The notes beneath the pieces were generated by a model. It ran no database searches, was not told the origin of the DNA, and saw only the letters and a list, made by a program, of their open reading frames with translations. A program made the position numbers and the translations under genes. A stretch of 64,000 bases of DNA from the NCBI GenBank assembly GCA_964016885.1, contig OZ024743.1:201004001-201068000 (forward strand). Reading direction: 5' to 3'. Shown piece after piece: positions 1 to 13,544 of this stretch (the first letter of the stretch is position 1; each line of letters opens with the position of its first letter). This DNA comes from Eledone cirrhosa (Eukaryota).

Positions 1-1690
1 GTTGGTGGTGTTGGTGGTGTTGGTGGTGTTGGTGGTGTTGGTGGTGTTCATGGTGGTGATGGTGGTGTTGGTGGTGTTGGTGGTGTTGGTGGTGTTGGTG
101 GTGGTGTTGGTGGTGATGGTGGTGTTGGTGGTGTTGGTGGTGTTGGTGGTGGTATTGTTGGTGGTGTTGGTGGTGTTGGTGGTGTTGGTGGTAGGTGTTG
201 TTGGTGTTGGTGGTGTTGGTGGTGTTGGTGGTGGTGTTGTTGTTGTTGGTGGTGTTGGTGGTGTTGGTGGTGTTGGTGGTAGGTGTTGTTGGTGTTGGTG
301 GTGTTGGTGGTGTTGGTGATGTTGGTGGTGGTGTTGTTGGTGGTGTTGGTGGTGTTGGTGGTGTTGGTGGTAGGTGTTGTTGGTGTTGGTGGTGTTGGTG
401 GTGTTGGTGGTGGTGTTGTTGTTGTTGGTGGTGTTGGTGGTGTTGGTGGTGTTGGTGGTGTTGGTGGTGGTGTTGTTGGTGTTGGTGGTGTTGGTGGTGT
501 TGGTGGTGTTGGTGGTGGTGTTGGTGGTGTTGGTGGTGTTGGTGGTGTTGGTGGTGTTGGTGGTGGTGTTGTTGGTGTTGGTGGTGTTGGTGGTGGTGTT
601 GTTGGTGTTAGTGGTGTTGGTGGTGGTGTTGGTGGTGTTGGTGGTGTTGGTGGTGTTGGTGGTGTTGGTGGTGTTGGTGGTGGTGTTGTTGGTGTTGGTG
701 GTGTTGGTGGTGGTGTTGTTGGTGTTGGTGGTGTTGGTGGTGGTGTTGTTGGTGTTGGTGGTGTTGGTGGTGTTGGTGGTGGTGTTGTTGGTGTTGGTGG
801 TGTTGGTGGTGGTGTTGGTGGTGTTGGTGGTGTTGGTGGTGTTGGTGGTGTTGGTGGTGGTGTTGGTGGTGTTGGTGGTGTTGGTGGTGTTAGTGGTGGT
901 GTTGTTGGTGTTGGTGGTGTTGGTGGTGGTGTTGGTGGTGTTGGTGGTGTTGGTGGTGTTGGTGGTGTTGGTGGTGGTGTTGTTGGTGTTGGTGGTGTTG
1001 GCGGTGGTGTTGGTGGTGTTGGTGGTGTTGATGGTGGTGTTGGTGGTGATGGTGGTGTTGGTGGTGTTGGTGGTGGTGTTGGTGGTGTTGGTGGTGATGG
1101 TGGTGGTGGTGGTGGTGGTGTTGGTGGTGTTGGTGGTGTTGGTGGTGTTGGTGGTGTTGGTGGTGGTGTTGTTGGTGGTGTTGGTGGTGGTGTTGTTGGT
1201 GTTGGTGGTGTTGGTGGTGGTGTTGGTGGTGTTGGTGGTGTTGGTGGTGTTGGTGGTGGTGTTGGTGGTGTTGGTGGTGTTGGTGGTGTTGGTGGTGTTG
1301 GTGGTGTTGGTGGTGGTGTTGGTGGTGTTGGTGGTGTTGGTGGTGGTGTTGGTGGTGTTGGTGGTGTTGGTGTTGGTGTTGTTGGTGTTGGTGGTGTTGG
1401 TGGTGTTGGTGGTGGTGTTGTTGGTGTTGGTGGTGTTGGTGGTGGTGTTGTTGGTGTTGGTGGTGTTGGTGGTGTTGGTGGTGTTGGTGGTGGTGTTGGT
1501 GGTGTTGGTGGTGGTGTTGTTGGTGTTGGTGGTGTTGGTGGTGGTGTTGGTGGTGTTGGTGGTGTTGGTGGTGTTGGTGGTGTTGGTGGTGTTGGTGGTG
1601 TTGGTGGTGATGTTGGTGGTGTTTGAGGTGTTGGTGGTGGTGTTGGTGGTGTTGGTGGTGTTGGTGGTGATGGTGTTGGTGTTGGTGAAG
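1..1690. repeat. (GGTGGTGTT)n / (GGT,GTT) degenerate trinucleotide satellite
   Basis: Pure G/T triplet array; overlapping Val/Leu, Gly/Val, Pro/Thr and His/Gln ORFs in several frames are by-products. Confidence 0.95.
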
Positions 1691-2499
1691 GCAAGTAGAA
1701 TATGGTGAGGAAACAACAGACACAGGAAACACACACACCCACATAATGACACAATAATACAATGGCTTGCACACATTCACATTCCCACACACACACACAC
1801 ACCAATATAAACATATGGTGATGATGCTTATATATGTATGATTGAACATATGTATACATATATATATATACACACAGACATATACATGCTTATATATATA
1901 TACATATATATATGTGCATATATACATATATATATATATTTAAATATACATAAATATATATGTATATATACACATACATACATATATATATGCACATATG
2001 CACTTTCACACATGCAGATACACACACACACACACACATATACATATATATATATATATAAGCATATATCCACACACACACACAAACACAAACACACAGA
2101 AATTTAGAGATGGTTGCTAAAGACAGAGAAGAGACCGACAGCCACTGACACACAGAGACAACAGACAGAGAGACACACATATAACTCAAACAATACTAAC
2201 CAATGCACTAACAACGAACCTAGGCTAATTTTTCACTTTTCCCAATGTCAGCCACAATAGACCAACGAAAGGCATTCTTTGTCATCCCAGAGCTGTGTGG
2301 AGAATTGATTGTTAAAGAATGGCCATCATAATTTCATTCATGGAAAATCTGGTGTGTGCCTGCTTAATATAGAAAGGTAGGCTAGAAGAATACAATGAGA
2401 TTTAATTGACTCATCAACGAGAGTATTATCTGAGAGCAGGATCAATACCGACACGACATTCCTATGCATTGGGACTTGCAGGAGAGAGAAAGAGAGATG

Positions 2500-2553
<54 letters not shown>

Positions 2554-3599
2554 GAGAGGGAGAGAGATAGAGAGAGAGAGAGGTGGGAGGTAAGTGGAGA
2601 GAGTTTGAAGAAAGAAAAAGAGAGTGAGAGAAAGAGTGTAGAGAGGGAGAGTAGAAACTATTGTGCATCCATGATTAACACATTGGAACTAGTAAAAGAG
2701 AGAGAGTGAGGGAGAGAGTGAGGGAGAGAGAGAGAGAGAGGTGGAGAGAGAGAGCGTGTGAGAGAGAGAGAGAGGGAAGAGAGGGGGAGATAAGCAAGAG
2801 AAGCAAGTGGAGAAAGAGATAAAGAAAAATAGAGAAAGAGAGAGAGGGAGAGAGAGGAGAAGGGACAAACTATTGTACATCCATGATTAACGCTACTGAC
2901 TCATTGCTCAAGAGGAATTCTACTCAAAGACCAACAGAATGCAATTAATGCCTATTGCATCCCTGCTTCTTCTACTTCTTCTCCTTCTTCTTCTTCTTCT
3001 TTTTCTTCTTCTTCTTCTTCTTCATCTTCATCTTCTTCTTGTATACAGCTTTGTATGTGTGATGCATGTTGGTGGTGCTGGTGGTATTGGTGGAGGTGAA
3101 GGTGGTTTTGGGAGAAGTCTAAGAAGGTGGTACTGGCTTGGGCACAAATTGTGGCAGTTTTTAACTGCCAACATTGTCAGCTCTAACTGGTGGAGGTGGT
3201 GGTGGTGGTGTTTGTGGTAGGAGTTGTAGTGGTGTTGTTGTTTTTAGCCCCAGGTCAGGCTTGATCTAAAAGTCTTTTGATGAAAGACTTTCCAGTTGTG
3301 ACCATCCCAGTCTTTTTTCTATATATATCTATGATTTCATTATCCAATATGTTCTATTTTTTTTAAAGATAGTATGCTGTAATTTGAGGGAGATTCAGCT
3401 GATATTTCTAGCAGGTAAGTGACTGGTGTTGGTGGTAGCCATAGTAGTGGTGGTAGTAATGGTAGGGTAGTGGAAGGTAGAGAAGGTGGCAGGAAAGGTG
3501 GTTGTTGGTTTTGCAGTAAAGATTGGAACAATTTTAATATCTGGGTGTCAGACTGGTTAGTTTGTTGATGGATGGCTGAATGGAAAGATTGCACAGTAG

Positions 3600-4450
3600 C
3601 TGGAGGGCCAGATTACTGGATGGCTTGATGGTTGGATGGTTAGATGGCTGGTTCATGGTTTGGCTGCTTCACTGGTTGATTAGTTGACCTGTTGAATGGT
3701 TTGATGTTTGCATGGCTAAATGGTTAGGTTAGGTAGCTTGATGCTTATCTGAATTTCTGGATGTCAAAATGGCTAGATGACTGGATGGCTAGAGTAATGG
3801 ATGGCTAGATGGTTAGATGGCTAGATGGTTAGATGGCTAGATGGCTGGGTGGTTGAATGATTAGAGGACGGGTTGGCTAGTGGTTTGATGGCTAGAGGAC
3901 TGGATAGTTGGATGGCTGGATGGCTGTATGGTTGAATGGCTAGATGGCTAGAGTAATGGATGTCTGGATGGTTGGATGGTTGGATGGTTGGATGGCTGGA
4001 TGGTTGGATGACTGGATGGTTGGATGACTGGATGACTAGAATAATTGATGGCTGGATGGCTGGATGGTTGGATAGCTGGATGGTTGGATGACTGGATGGC
4101 TAGAATAATTGATGACCGGATGGCTGGATGGTTGGATGGCTGGATGGTTGAATGACTGGATGGTTGAATGACTGGATGGTTGGATGACTGGATGGCTAGA
4201 ATAATTGATGGCTGGATGGTTGGATGGCTGGATGGCTGGATGGTTAGATGGCTAGATGGCTGGATGGCTAGGTAACTGGATGGTTGAATGGATGGCTAAA
4301 TGGTAGACTAGGTAGATGTCCAATTAGCTGATTGACAAGATGGATGTTTGAATGGTCAGGTAGTCTTTATCTAAATGGTTAGGTAGCTTGATGGTTAACT
4401 AGATTGTTGAATAGATAAATAGATGGTTATATGGCTAGATAGTTGAATAG
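3600..4450. repeat. 9-bp TGGATGG(C/T)T-type minisatellite
   Basis: Tandem ggatggctg/ggatggttg units with periodic 'ctagaataattgatg' interruptions. Confidence 0.85.
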
Positions 4451-4954
4451 TTGTCCAATGGGAGAGAGGGATAGTTGAATAGATAAACTCAAATTAATGC
4501 ATATGGGAAAATAGTTAATCAAATAATGGGTACTTAACTCTTGATGGTGTAGTAGAGGCACCATCATGACAAATAGTGTATCCTGTGCATTTTAAACTTG
4601 GAAAAGTCAACCACTTTAATTTCTGCCAGAGAAAGAGAGAAAATGAAAATGGTGGTGGTGGTGGTGTTTCAGTTGTAGTAATGGTGGTGATGGTGAGAGT
4701 AGTGTTGGTAGTGGTTGTTTTAGTGGGTCAGGGAGTTGAAACTGTGTGCGTCCATTTTGATGGCTGATGACCACAGAGTTTTGTACCTGTTGCCAAATTT
4801 AAAATATTATCTATGATGTACATGGCTCCCTTCTTCTTTTGTTAAATTGATCTTACTAGCAGGGAAAGTATACATCTAAATGATGATGAAACAGTTCTAG
4901 TCCTGTAAAAGCCATTTCTATATTAAATTTTTATATATATTATATATATATATA

Positions 4955-5770
4955 TGAATAAAATTAGTCCTTCATCAGTGATCTTCCAACCATCATTGGT
5001 ATTTCATCGCTTTAAAGACCATATACCTCCGGTTGGTGCGAGCAATGGCTAAAAAAAGTCGTTGGGATACATAAATAAAGGGGACACGAGAGTGTAAACA
5101 AACAAAGATGGTGAAGCAATGAAAAGTGAGGAAGAAGGAGTCAAGTCCCAAATTTCCATGAATATAAGTTCGGTGAAATCGTGAACGAGAGAGAATAAAG
5201 ACCATCAAACCTGGTTGGAATGTAAGCAAGGAAGGAATTCCGTACAGGTCTAACGGGAGGAAGAAGGAATCAAGTCTGTGAATTCGGTGAACGTAAGTTC
5301 TGTGAAATCGTAGACGAGAGAGAGAAAAAAAGCGACCTGCCTGACCAAGGGTGCGAAAGAAAAGAATTACACACAGGTCAAACGGGAAGAAGGAGGAGGA
5401 GGAGAGGTAGTAACAGAGAGTGAGTGAGTGAAGGGTGAGGAAGAGGCTAACAGAGAGAGTGACTGTTAGAGAGGGTAAAGATACAGAGAAAGAGGAAGCA
5501 GTAAGAACGAAATAGACGGGTCACAGCGGGGGGAAAAAATATGTGTAAATATGAGAATAAACGTGCTGCGTGGTTGCTAATGGGTTACATATGAATAAAG
5601 TTAGTCCTTCATCAGTGATCTTCCAACCATCATTGGTATTTCATCGCTTTAAAGACCATATACCTCCGGTTGGTGCGAGCAATGGCTAAAAAAAGTCGTT
5701 GGGACACGTAAATAAAGGGGACACGAGAGTGTAAACAAACAAAGATGGTGAAGCAACGAAAAGTGAGGAT
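4955..5770 (-). mobile_element. Non-coding element with ~177-bp terminal direct repeats (PLE pLTR-like partial tandem) in (TA)n
   Basis: 4955-5131 is repeated at 5591-5770 (period 636 bp); (TA)n on both sides; the same terminus recurs at 27157-27180. Confidence 0.6.
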
Positions 5771-5949
5771 ATATATATGATGACTGCCCCTCATTATTGC
5801 CATCACAAGATATCTTAACCCTGAAAATTTATATATACATATATATATTATCGGTGCTACAATTGAATGTGGCATTTTAGCCTGTCTAATGATATACAGT
5901 GTTGTGCATGGAGTTGGCAAGTATGATAAAAAAGTTCATTGGTAATAGC

Positions 5950-6530
5950 AGTGTCAGTGTGGCTGGTCATCATGTACTCTCAGATGTCATTTCTGCTGAT
6001 CTGCATTCTTTTCCACATGCTTGACAGGTATGATGAGCAGCATCTCCAACAGCAGCCTGGTATTCAACCACTGGTCTCACTGTGTGACTGTGAAGATGCC
6101 TTTTGAGTCCAGCTTTGCAGGGGCACAGCCTTGCACAGATAATGCAAGTCAGCTTCATAGGATCACCTTCACTGTCTGGAAATGCAACAGTAATACTTTT
6201 CCTGACATCCCTTGTCAGTTTCTTATTTCTGATTTGAGATGCCTCAAAATCAACTTTCCCCTCATGTGTTGTCTTTCTCTATTTGCTGCAATAAGCAGCT
6301 CTGTTTTCCCATGTATCAACAAGGATGTTCTTGTTTTCAAGGACGCTTTCAGCAAATCCTTATACCTCTGTTTTAGTTTATGTAGAGGTCATTCATTCTC
6401 CTTTAAATAACTTTCCATAAAAGAGTTGTTTTGGTAACTTAGAATCGTCCATCCAGGCAAGATGACCACTCCATTGGAGTCTTAGTTTAAAGACAAGTGC
6501 TTCTATATTTCCACACTGAGACCTTCCTAA
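5950..6530 (-). mobile_element. Decayed RTE/BovB-like LINE 3' fragment with C-terminal C2H2-like fingers
   Basis: Minus-strand LRLQWSGHLAWMDDSKLPKQLFYG...QRYKDLLKASLK, then CIICARLCPCKAGLKRHLHSH and CQACGKEC; frameshifted. Confidence 0.75.
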
Positions 6531-6814
6531 AGAAAATGGGTTAGCGAAAGGGATGACAAGTATGACATCAAGAGTGTAAAGAGGGTGATGTGAGGGAGAA
6601 AAGAAGTAAAAAAAATGTCATGGTTGTATGGTAGGATTTGACAGAATGATAGGAAATTGGAAAGGGATTGGGGGTCATCTCAGTTAATGATGGAGTGGTT
6701 ACCCCAATGATAATGAGAAAGATTACTAAAATGTTTTGACTGGTGTTGTGGGATTTATTTTTTCATTTTATTGAAGTAAAAAAAATCACATCTTAGTAGT
6801 TTAATTAAAAATTC

Positions 6815-7440
6815 ATTTATTCTTTTACTAGTTTCAGCCATTTGCCTGTGGCCATGCTATGGAACAACCTTAACCTGTTGACTGCCGTGTATATTTTACA
6901 CAGCTACAGTTGCTGCGCTGGGTTTATTTTTCAGTAAAATGACTACTCTTTTAAACAAACATTTATCAACAACCCATATCTGAATGATTGACAAAGGTCA
7001 CATCAATAAACTAGTAACCCCATCTAGCATTGAAGTTCTGAACTTTTGGGAAGGAGTTCAAACATGTTAGGACGAGTTATCTTGGCTATAGCACTGGAAT
7101 GCAGACATGTTAGGACAAGTTATCTCGTCTACGGCACTGAAGAGGTTAAAGGGATTTTAATTGATCATATCATCTCCAGTACTTATTCTTAAAATGTGGT
7201 ATTTATTTATCAATAACTTTTTGTTGAACTGTATCTTACAGGATACAAATATAGACATGTACACACAAATATATATATACATATACAATAGACTTCCATA
7301 GTTTCTGTCTTACAAATTTCACTCACAAGACATTGGTTGACCCAAGACTTTAGGAGAAGACACTTGCCTAAAATGCTTCACAGTGGAACTAAACCTGAAA
7401 CCATGTGGATGGGAAGAAAACTCCTTAACCACAAAGCTAT
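6815..7440 (-). mobile_element. tRNA-derived SINE, interrupted by a MITE
   Basis: tRNA-like head (rc of 7370-7440), 'ggcaagtgtcttct' core; its 3' part is related to 62270-62430. Confidence 0.6.
6874..7145. mobile_element. piggyBac-like MITE
   Basis: TTAA at 6870-6873 and 7146-7149; imperfect TIRs cctgttgactgccg / cggcactgaagagg. Confidence 0.65.
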
Positions 7441-8659
7441 TTTTACACTTATATTAAATTTATTTTCATTCCCATATTATCAAAGAATGGGTTTGAGGAT
7501 CTCAGCCCTAGAAATAATATATAATTATTCCTCTCAGTCTCATGTTGTTACCATGGTGACTGTAAGTTGTTCCAATGAAGTCTACTTTCACCATGCCAAC
7601 ATGTGAAGCTATATGAAACCAGTGGTAAGGGCTTAAATTCTATCTTCTATATAAATGTGTGTATATATGTGTGGTTATAAGAACATATATATACATTTGT
7701 TTATGCATGTATGTAGTTTGTAGTTTGCACATGTGTGTGTGTGAAGAGAGAAATGGAATTATTTTAGTTGGAATAATATTAGCCAAGGAGAAAGGGGAGT
7801 GTGGTGGGTGGACAGCGATGGGGAGTGATGTGGTGCAAGAATGCAGAATAGAAAAATGGATAGTTAGATGGTTGGATGGCTGGCTGGATGTTGGTTGTGT
7901 GTCACCATTGCCAAGAATAAAAGGAAGAATCCATGTCAACAAGTCTTTCTGTATTATCAAAGCCCCTCCTTACACTTACCACCACCACCACCACCACCAC
8001 CACCACCACCACCACCACTACCACCACTGCCACCACCACCACTACCATCACCACCACCACCACCACCACCACCACAACAACAACAACAGCCCTTACTATA
8101 ACACCTCTCAACTCCTCCAAATACTCCCACTTCCATTACAATTATCACCTTGCTTTTTTTCATTATTTCCTTTTGTTTGTTTCTCTTTTCTCTCTTTCAT
8201 TGTTTCTTTCTATTTTATCTTCCTATCCTCCCCCCCACATACTTCCTTTCTCTCTCTTTCTTTCTCCCCCCCCTCTCTCTTTCTTTAGCCACCTCTCTAC
8301 TTTCTTTTAGCCTCCTTGTTTTTTTAATTCCTTATGTCTCTCCCTCTTCTTTCTATTATTCTACCACAACCTCCACCAATACTAACACAACCACCCTCAC
8401 CACCACCAACACTGTTATCAGTATCAATATCAAGATCAACAACATCACCTCACAACCCTCACCACCACCAATATAGTCACCATATCTTATGGTCAGTCAT
8501 TCTTCCTCCAATATCTTAAACTCTGTTTATATCTCTCTATATCTATCTATCAATTTATCTGTCTGCCTTTCTATCTGTCTTTGTTTTGTCCCCTCTTCTT
8601 GTGAGCCCTTGTGTCAAATAAAGAAATCTATCTATCTATTTATCTATCTACCTGTCTAT

Positions 8660-8724
<65 letters not shown>

Positions 8725-8734
8725 AACTGATTCT

Positions 8735-9115
8735 TTTTTTCAAATACCACTTTGGAAGAAGAATCAGGATGGAGAGAGAGGTGCTGTACCCCAGCAAGTT
8801 TTATGAAAGGTGGGTGAAAGTGGCGAGAATGGCCCGAGTGAATGGGCCTTCTCTCTATATCAGCCTGTAGGTTGAGGAAAAGGAGGAGGAGAGGAAAGGA
8901 GTACAAGCTCTTCGTACTCCTGGAGATGAGGGTTGCACATTTTTTTCGGGGGTCTGTGTTACCCATATAAACTGTCTCCCTCTATTGGGGAAAATCGACT
9001 AACTTTTAAATTCCATCTGTGATAACATTTTACACGTTTTTATTGTATGTAAACTTCCCCCTTTGTATTTGTCCCCTTCTTTTGTGCCCCTGTGGCTAAT
9101 AAAGAAATATATCTA
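8735..9115 (+). mobile_element. L1/Tx1-like LINE 3' fragment with (ATCT)n tail
   Basis: Homologous to 36350-38960 (FKYHFGRRIRMEREVLYPSKFYERWVKVARMARVNGPSLYISL); AATAAA then (atct)n; inserted in (TCTA)n. Confidence 0.8.
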
Positions 9116-9359
9116 TCTATCTATCTACTTACCTACCTATCTATCTGTCTTTCTATCTATCTACCTATCTATCTGTTTCACCAGTGATCGCTCTCCCTCC
9201 CTCTTTCTCTCACTCTCTCCTACTTACTCACACACCCTCATCCCATCACCATTGGTGACTCAATGCAAGCAATCCAAGTTCATTTAGTCTAGCAGTCAGT
9301 CAGTCAGTCAGATCTTTGTTAAAAGGGGGCCCTAATGACAATGGTTGTCTTCAATGGCT

Positions 9360-10594
9360 GCTGGTGGTGGTTGTGGTTGTGGTGTTAGTAGCAGTATGAT
9401 GGTGGTGTTGAGGCTAGTATGGTGCTGGTAGTGCTGCTGGTGGTAATACTGGTGGTCATGATGATGCTGGTGGTGGTGGTTGTGGTGCTAGTAATAGTAT
9501 GGTGGTGGTTGTTGATGGCAGTGGTGATAGCTGATGGTAGTACTGGTAGCAGTAGTGAGGGTGATTGTGGTTTTGTTGTGATGGTGGTAGTTGTAGTTGA
9601 TTGTAGTGCTGGTGGTAGTAGTGAGGGTGATTGTGGTTTAGTGGTGATGGTGATGGTGGTAGTTGTAGTTGATTGTAGTGCTGGTGGTAGTAGTGAGGGT
9701 GATTTTGGTTTTTTGGTAGTTGGTGGTAGTTGGTGGTTGTGCTGGTGGTAGTAGTGAGGGTGATTGTGGTTTTGTGGTAGTTGGTGGTTGTGCTGGTGGT
9801 AGTAGTGAGAATGATTGGTGGTAGTAGTAGTAATGGTGATTGTGGTTTAGTTGTGATGGTGATGGTGGTAGTTGTAGTTGATTGTAGTGCTGGTAGTAGT
9901 AGTGAGAGTGATTATGGTTGTGAGGTGGTGGTGGTGATGGTAGTTATTGTAATTGTTTGTAGTACTGTGGTAGAAGTAATGGTGATTGTGGTTTAGTGGT
10001 GATGGTGATGGTGGTAGTTGTAGTTGATTGTAGTGCTGGTAGTAGTAGTGAGAGTGATTATGGTTGTGAGGTGGTGGTGGTGATGGTAGTTATTGTAATT
10101 GTTTGTAGTACTGTGGTAGAAGTAATGGTGATTGTGGTTTAGTGGTGATGGTGATGGGTGGTTGTATTTGATGGTAGTGCTGGTGGTAGTAAATAAGCTG
10201 CTTGTGGTTGTGTCGTGTTGGTAATAGTGATTGTGATGGTGGTTGTTATAGTGTTGGTATGGTACTAATTCTAATGATAAAAGTGATGGTGAAGGTATTG
10301 TATTGTTGTTGATTGTTATGTAAGCTCCTGCCCCACCCCCTTCCCAACCAGTCCTAATCCAGCAGGCATATTGGATAGGGTGTCGGGGAGGTGCATAGTG
10401 TAATAATGATGAAGATGGCAGTGGTGCTGGTGGCAGTAGTGGTGGGGTATGACAGCAACAGGAATTGGTTAGTAGTGGTGGTGGCAGCAGTGTAACAGTG
10501 GTGGTCGTGATGGTGGTGGCGGTGGTGATGGAGGTTGTGGTGGTTGTGGTGGGGGTGTTTAGAGAGGGGGTGGTAATAGAGATGATAGTGGTGC

Positions 10595-10625
<31 letters not shown>

Positions 10626-10920
10626 GTTGTTTTAATGGTGGTGGTGGTCGTGGTGGTGGGGATGTTTATAAAGGTTGTGGTTATAGAGATGATAGAGGTG
10701 TTGTTGTTGTTGGTGGTGGTGGTGGTAGTGATAGATGTGGTAGTGATGACAGTGGTGGCAGGGGTGGCGATAGTGGTGGTATTGGTGGTGGGGGTGTTGT
10801 TGATGGTGATAGAGATGATGGTAGTAGTGATGATGGTAGAGGTGATAGTGACAGAGTTGGCTGTGTTTGTGATGGTGGTGGTGATGATATACGTGGTGGT
10901 GGTGGTGGTAATAGTGATGA
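9360..10920. repeat. Compound GGT/AGT/GAT low-complexity array with internal ~60-120 bp duplications
   Basis: For example 9831-9947 is repeated at about 9979-10095. Confidence 0.8.
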
Positions 10921-11089
10921 CATCATTAGAATTGTCAATCTTCATCAATGCTACCCTCACTTTCATCATTTTCAGCATCACTATCACCACCTCCACAACA
11001 ACAACCACATCAACAGCACCACTATTGGTATTATAATCATCATCATCATCATTAGCACCACACCACACCATACCCACTATCATTATTAA

Positions 11090-11440
11090 CCGGACGCCAT
11101 GCTTTGCAGCATAGTTACGTCCCTTTACGGATTGAGTTCAAATCCCGCCGAGGTTAACTTTGCCTTTCATCCTTATGGGGTCGATAAAATAAAGTACCAG
11201 TAATACACTAGGATGATTGCTGGCCTTGTGCCAAAAGTAGAAACAATTATTAACAGGCAGTATCGGTAGAGGGTCGGACGCCATGCTTTGACGCATAGAG
11301 TTACGCCCCTTGCCATTCTAAGTTCAAATCCTGCCAAGGTTAACTTTGCCTTTCATCCTTACGGGGTCGATAAAATAAAGTACCAGTAATGTACTGGGTA
11401 ATTTGCTGGCCTTGTGCCAAAAGTAGAAACAATTATTAAC
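11090..11440 (+). mobile_element. Two tandem tRNA-derived SINEs (family S2)
   Basis: B-box gagttcaaatcc; central 'tttgcctttcatccttacggggtcgataaaataaagtacc'; tail 'ggccttgtgccaaaagtagaaacaattatta'. Confidence 0.85.
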
Positions 11441-11889
11441 ATATTTACCTCCTTACCCCAGTCTGCTTCTACCACCTCTCCTCTCCGTCTCATACCTATT
11501 ATTATATCCCTCGCCCTCACCCTGATCCTATTCAATACTCTGTACCTCTCCTCACCACCACCTTAATTAGGAGAATAACACAAAATCTCTCCTTCTATAC
11601 TAAACATTCAACTGAATATTGTTATGCTATTGTTCCAAAGACTTGTTGCTACTAACAACAACAATGATGATAATGATAACTATGTTACTGCTGAAGATGT
11701 TGTTATTGTTATTGTTGATAAAGTGTAACCGTTTTGATATGTAACAACCTGAATTTCCCCTTGGTTCAATGAAGCTAAACTGATTTTTTAAATTGTTTAT
11801 ATTTATTATATTTATTTAAATACTTCCAATCATAATTTTATGTAAGAAATTTTGTTATAGAAAAACAATGGGAGGAAACATAGCAATAA

Positions 11890-11931
11890 TTACTGAAGAT
11901 GTCACAGAAATGTGTGATGAAAGAACTTTGA
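11890..11931 (+). ncRNA. Minimal type I hammerhead ribozyme, diverged family-A copy
   Basis: TTA CTGAAGA TGTCACA gaaatg TGTGAT GAAA GAAC TT TGA; the downstream 12080-12160 resembles the family-A PLE tail. Confidence 0.6.
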
Positions 11932-12536
11932 GAAATTATATTTGTATTTATATTTTTAACTGTTGATCAATCAATGATTAACAATTATTTATGGAAATAT
12001 AAAAAAATATATATACTGAAACTAAAGCAAAAACCAAACCAAACCAAACAATGAGTGTTTTAATATTTTTTGGCAATATTAGGACAACATGACCCTCCCA
12101 AAATATAACATAATCTGTTTCAACACACAATTTCATATCAAAAACCTTGCAAAATAAATACATTGCCCTCACTTTTATAGAGTTTTATTCCAAACACCAA
12201 TATTAAAATGAGAATGCTAGTTATATTACTAAAACTCTCCAAATTATTGGTTATCATCGCAATTATTTTGAAATCATAGTCAATGTCTTTCATTAGAAAT
12301 ATGGTAATGAAAGAGTTAAGCATCCTTTATCGGAAAACCTCCAAAATCCCAAAGCTTTTCTCACCCTAACATGATTTTGTTATGCTTTTCATAAAGTAGG
12401 GAGTTTTATAACTAGATGCCCTTCTTATCACCAACCACTTTATAGTGAAGACTGGGGTCAGTTTGTCATGCCACCAGCACTAGAGAGATTGTCTGACAAC
12501 ACGAGGATCCACTCAGTAACAGTTTTTATTTAGAGT

Positions 12537-12985
12537 GAAGGCGCATGGCTTAGTGGTTAGAGCATTGGGCTTGCAATCGAAAGGTTGTGAGTTCAATTCT
12601 CGGACTGGGTGATGTGTTGTTTCCTTGAGCAAGACACTATATTTCACATTGCTCCAGTTTACTCAGCTGTAGAAATGAGATGATAGGACTGGGGTCCCTA
12701 TCATTACACTGCAAAGTGGTCGTGGAAATGCCACGGCAAAAAAGCACCCAGCCCACACTGTAAAGTGGACGTGTAGGCAAAAAAGCACCCCGCACTCACT
12801 GTAAATGAGGTTGGTGTTAGGAAGGGCATCCAGCTGTAGAAATCAAGCCAGAATCAGTTCCCATATGAGCAAGACAAGGTTAGCCGACTGGACACTGCCC
12901 ACAACAGTACAACCTGTCTAACCCATGCTAGCATGGAAGAACGGACATAAAACGGTGATGATGATGATGATGATGATGATGATGA
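12537..12985 (+). mobile_element. tRNA-head / CORE-like / RTE-tail SINE (family S1)
   Basis: A-box tggcttagtggtt, B-box gagttcaattc, 'ccttgagcaagacac' CORE-like segment, 3' part shared with the RTE 3'UTR (ggaagggcatccagctgtagaaa), (GAT)n tail. Confidence 0.85.
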
Positions 12986-13544
12986 GTGGCTGCTCTCCTA
13001 GATGAGTTGCCTTCAATATGACTTACAGAGATCAGGTCTACTCCATGGTGTCCAATTTATTCAGACTGACTGCTTTCCTAGGTGTGTTATCTTCACTGCA
13101 AGCTTATGGAGCTGATGCCTCGAAAGCTACCTTCAGGACATATGTAGTTTATATAAAACTACTTTCAGAGTGTATGTATAAGCTGTATTATGAGATATAA
13201 ATAGATCTCATGTTTTAGCTTGGGTTCCATTCTATAAATTCTCTATACAAATTATACAAATATTAAAAAATTCCCACATAATCTGTAGTCTGAAACACTT
13301 CTGGTCCCAAGCACTACGATAAAGGATTTTTAGCTTGAATTGTTGTTCATATTGTTATTGTTGTTCTTATTGCTATTGTTGTTGACACTGTTATTGTTGT
13401 TGTTGATATTGTTATTGTTGTTGTTGTCAATATTGTTGTTGACAGTGGTGTTATTGTTGATATTGTTATCGTTGTTGACAGTGTTGTTGTTATTGTTGAT
13501 GATGTTCTTAGTTTTGTTGTTACTCTTCTTGTTGATTAGGAAAA

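Noticed and set aside
1-1690. Telomere-like G/T-rich tract
   Set aside because: No TTAGGG-type unit; irregular triplet satellite.
48-1927. 603-aa Pro/Thr mucin/extensin-like ORF and overlapping His/Gln, Gly/Val and Val/Leu ORFs
   Set aside because: All frames are open because the triplet satellite lacks stops; the starts lie in (TA)/(CA) microsatellites.
12537-12610. tRNA genes at SINE heads (also 42880-42955, 52175-52250, 43810-43885)
   Set aside because: A/B boxes are present but there is no complete cloverleaf, and they run directly into SINE bodies.
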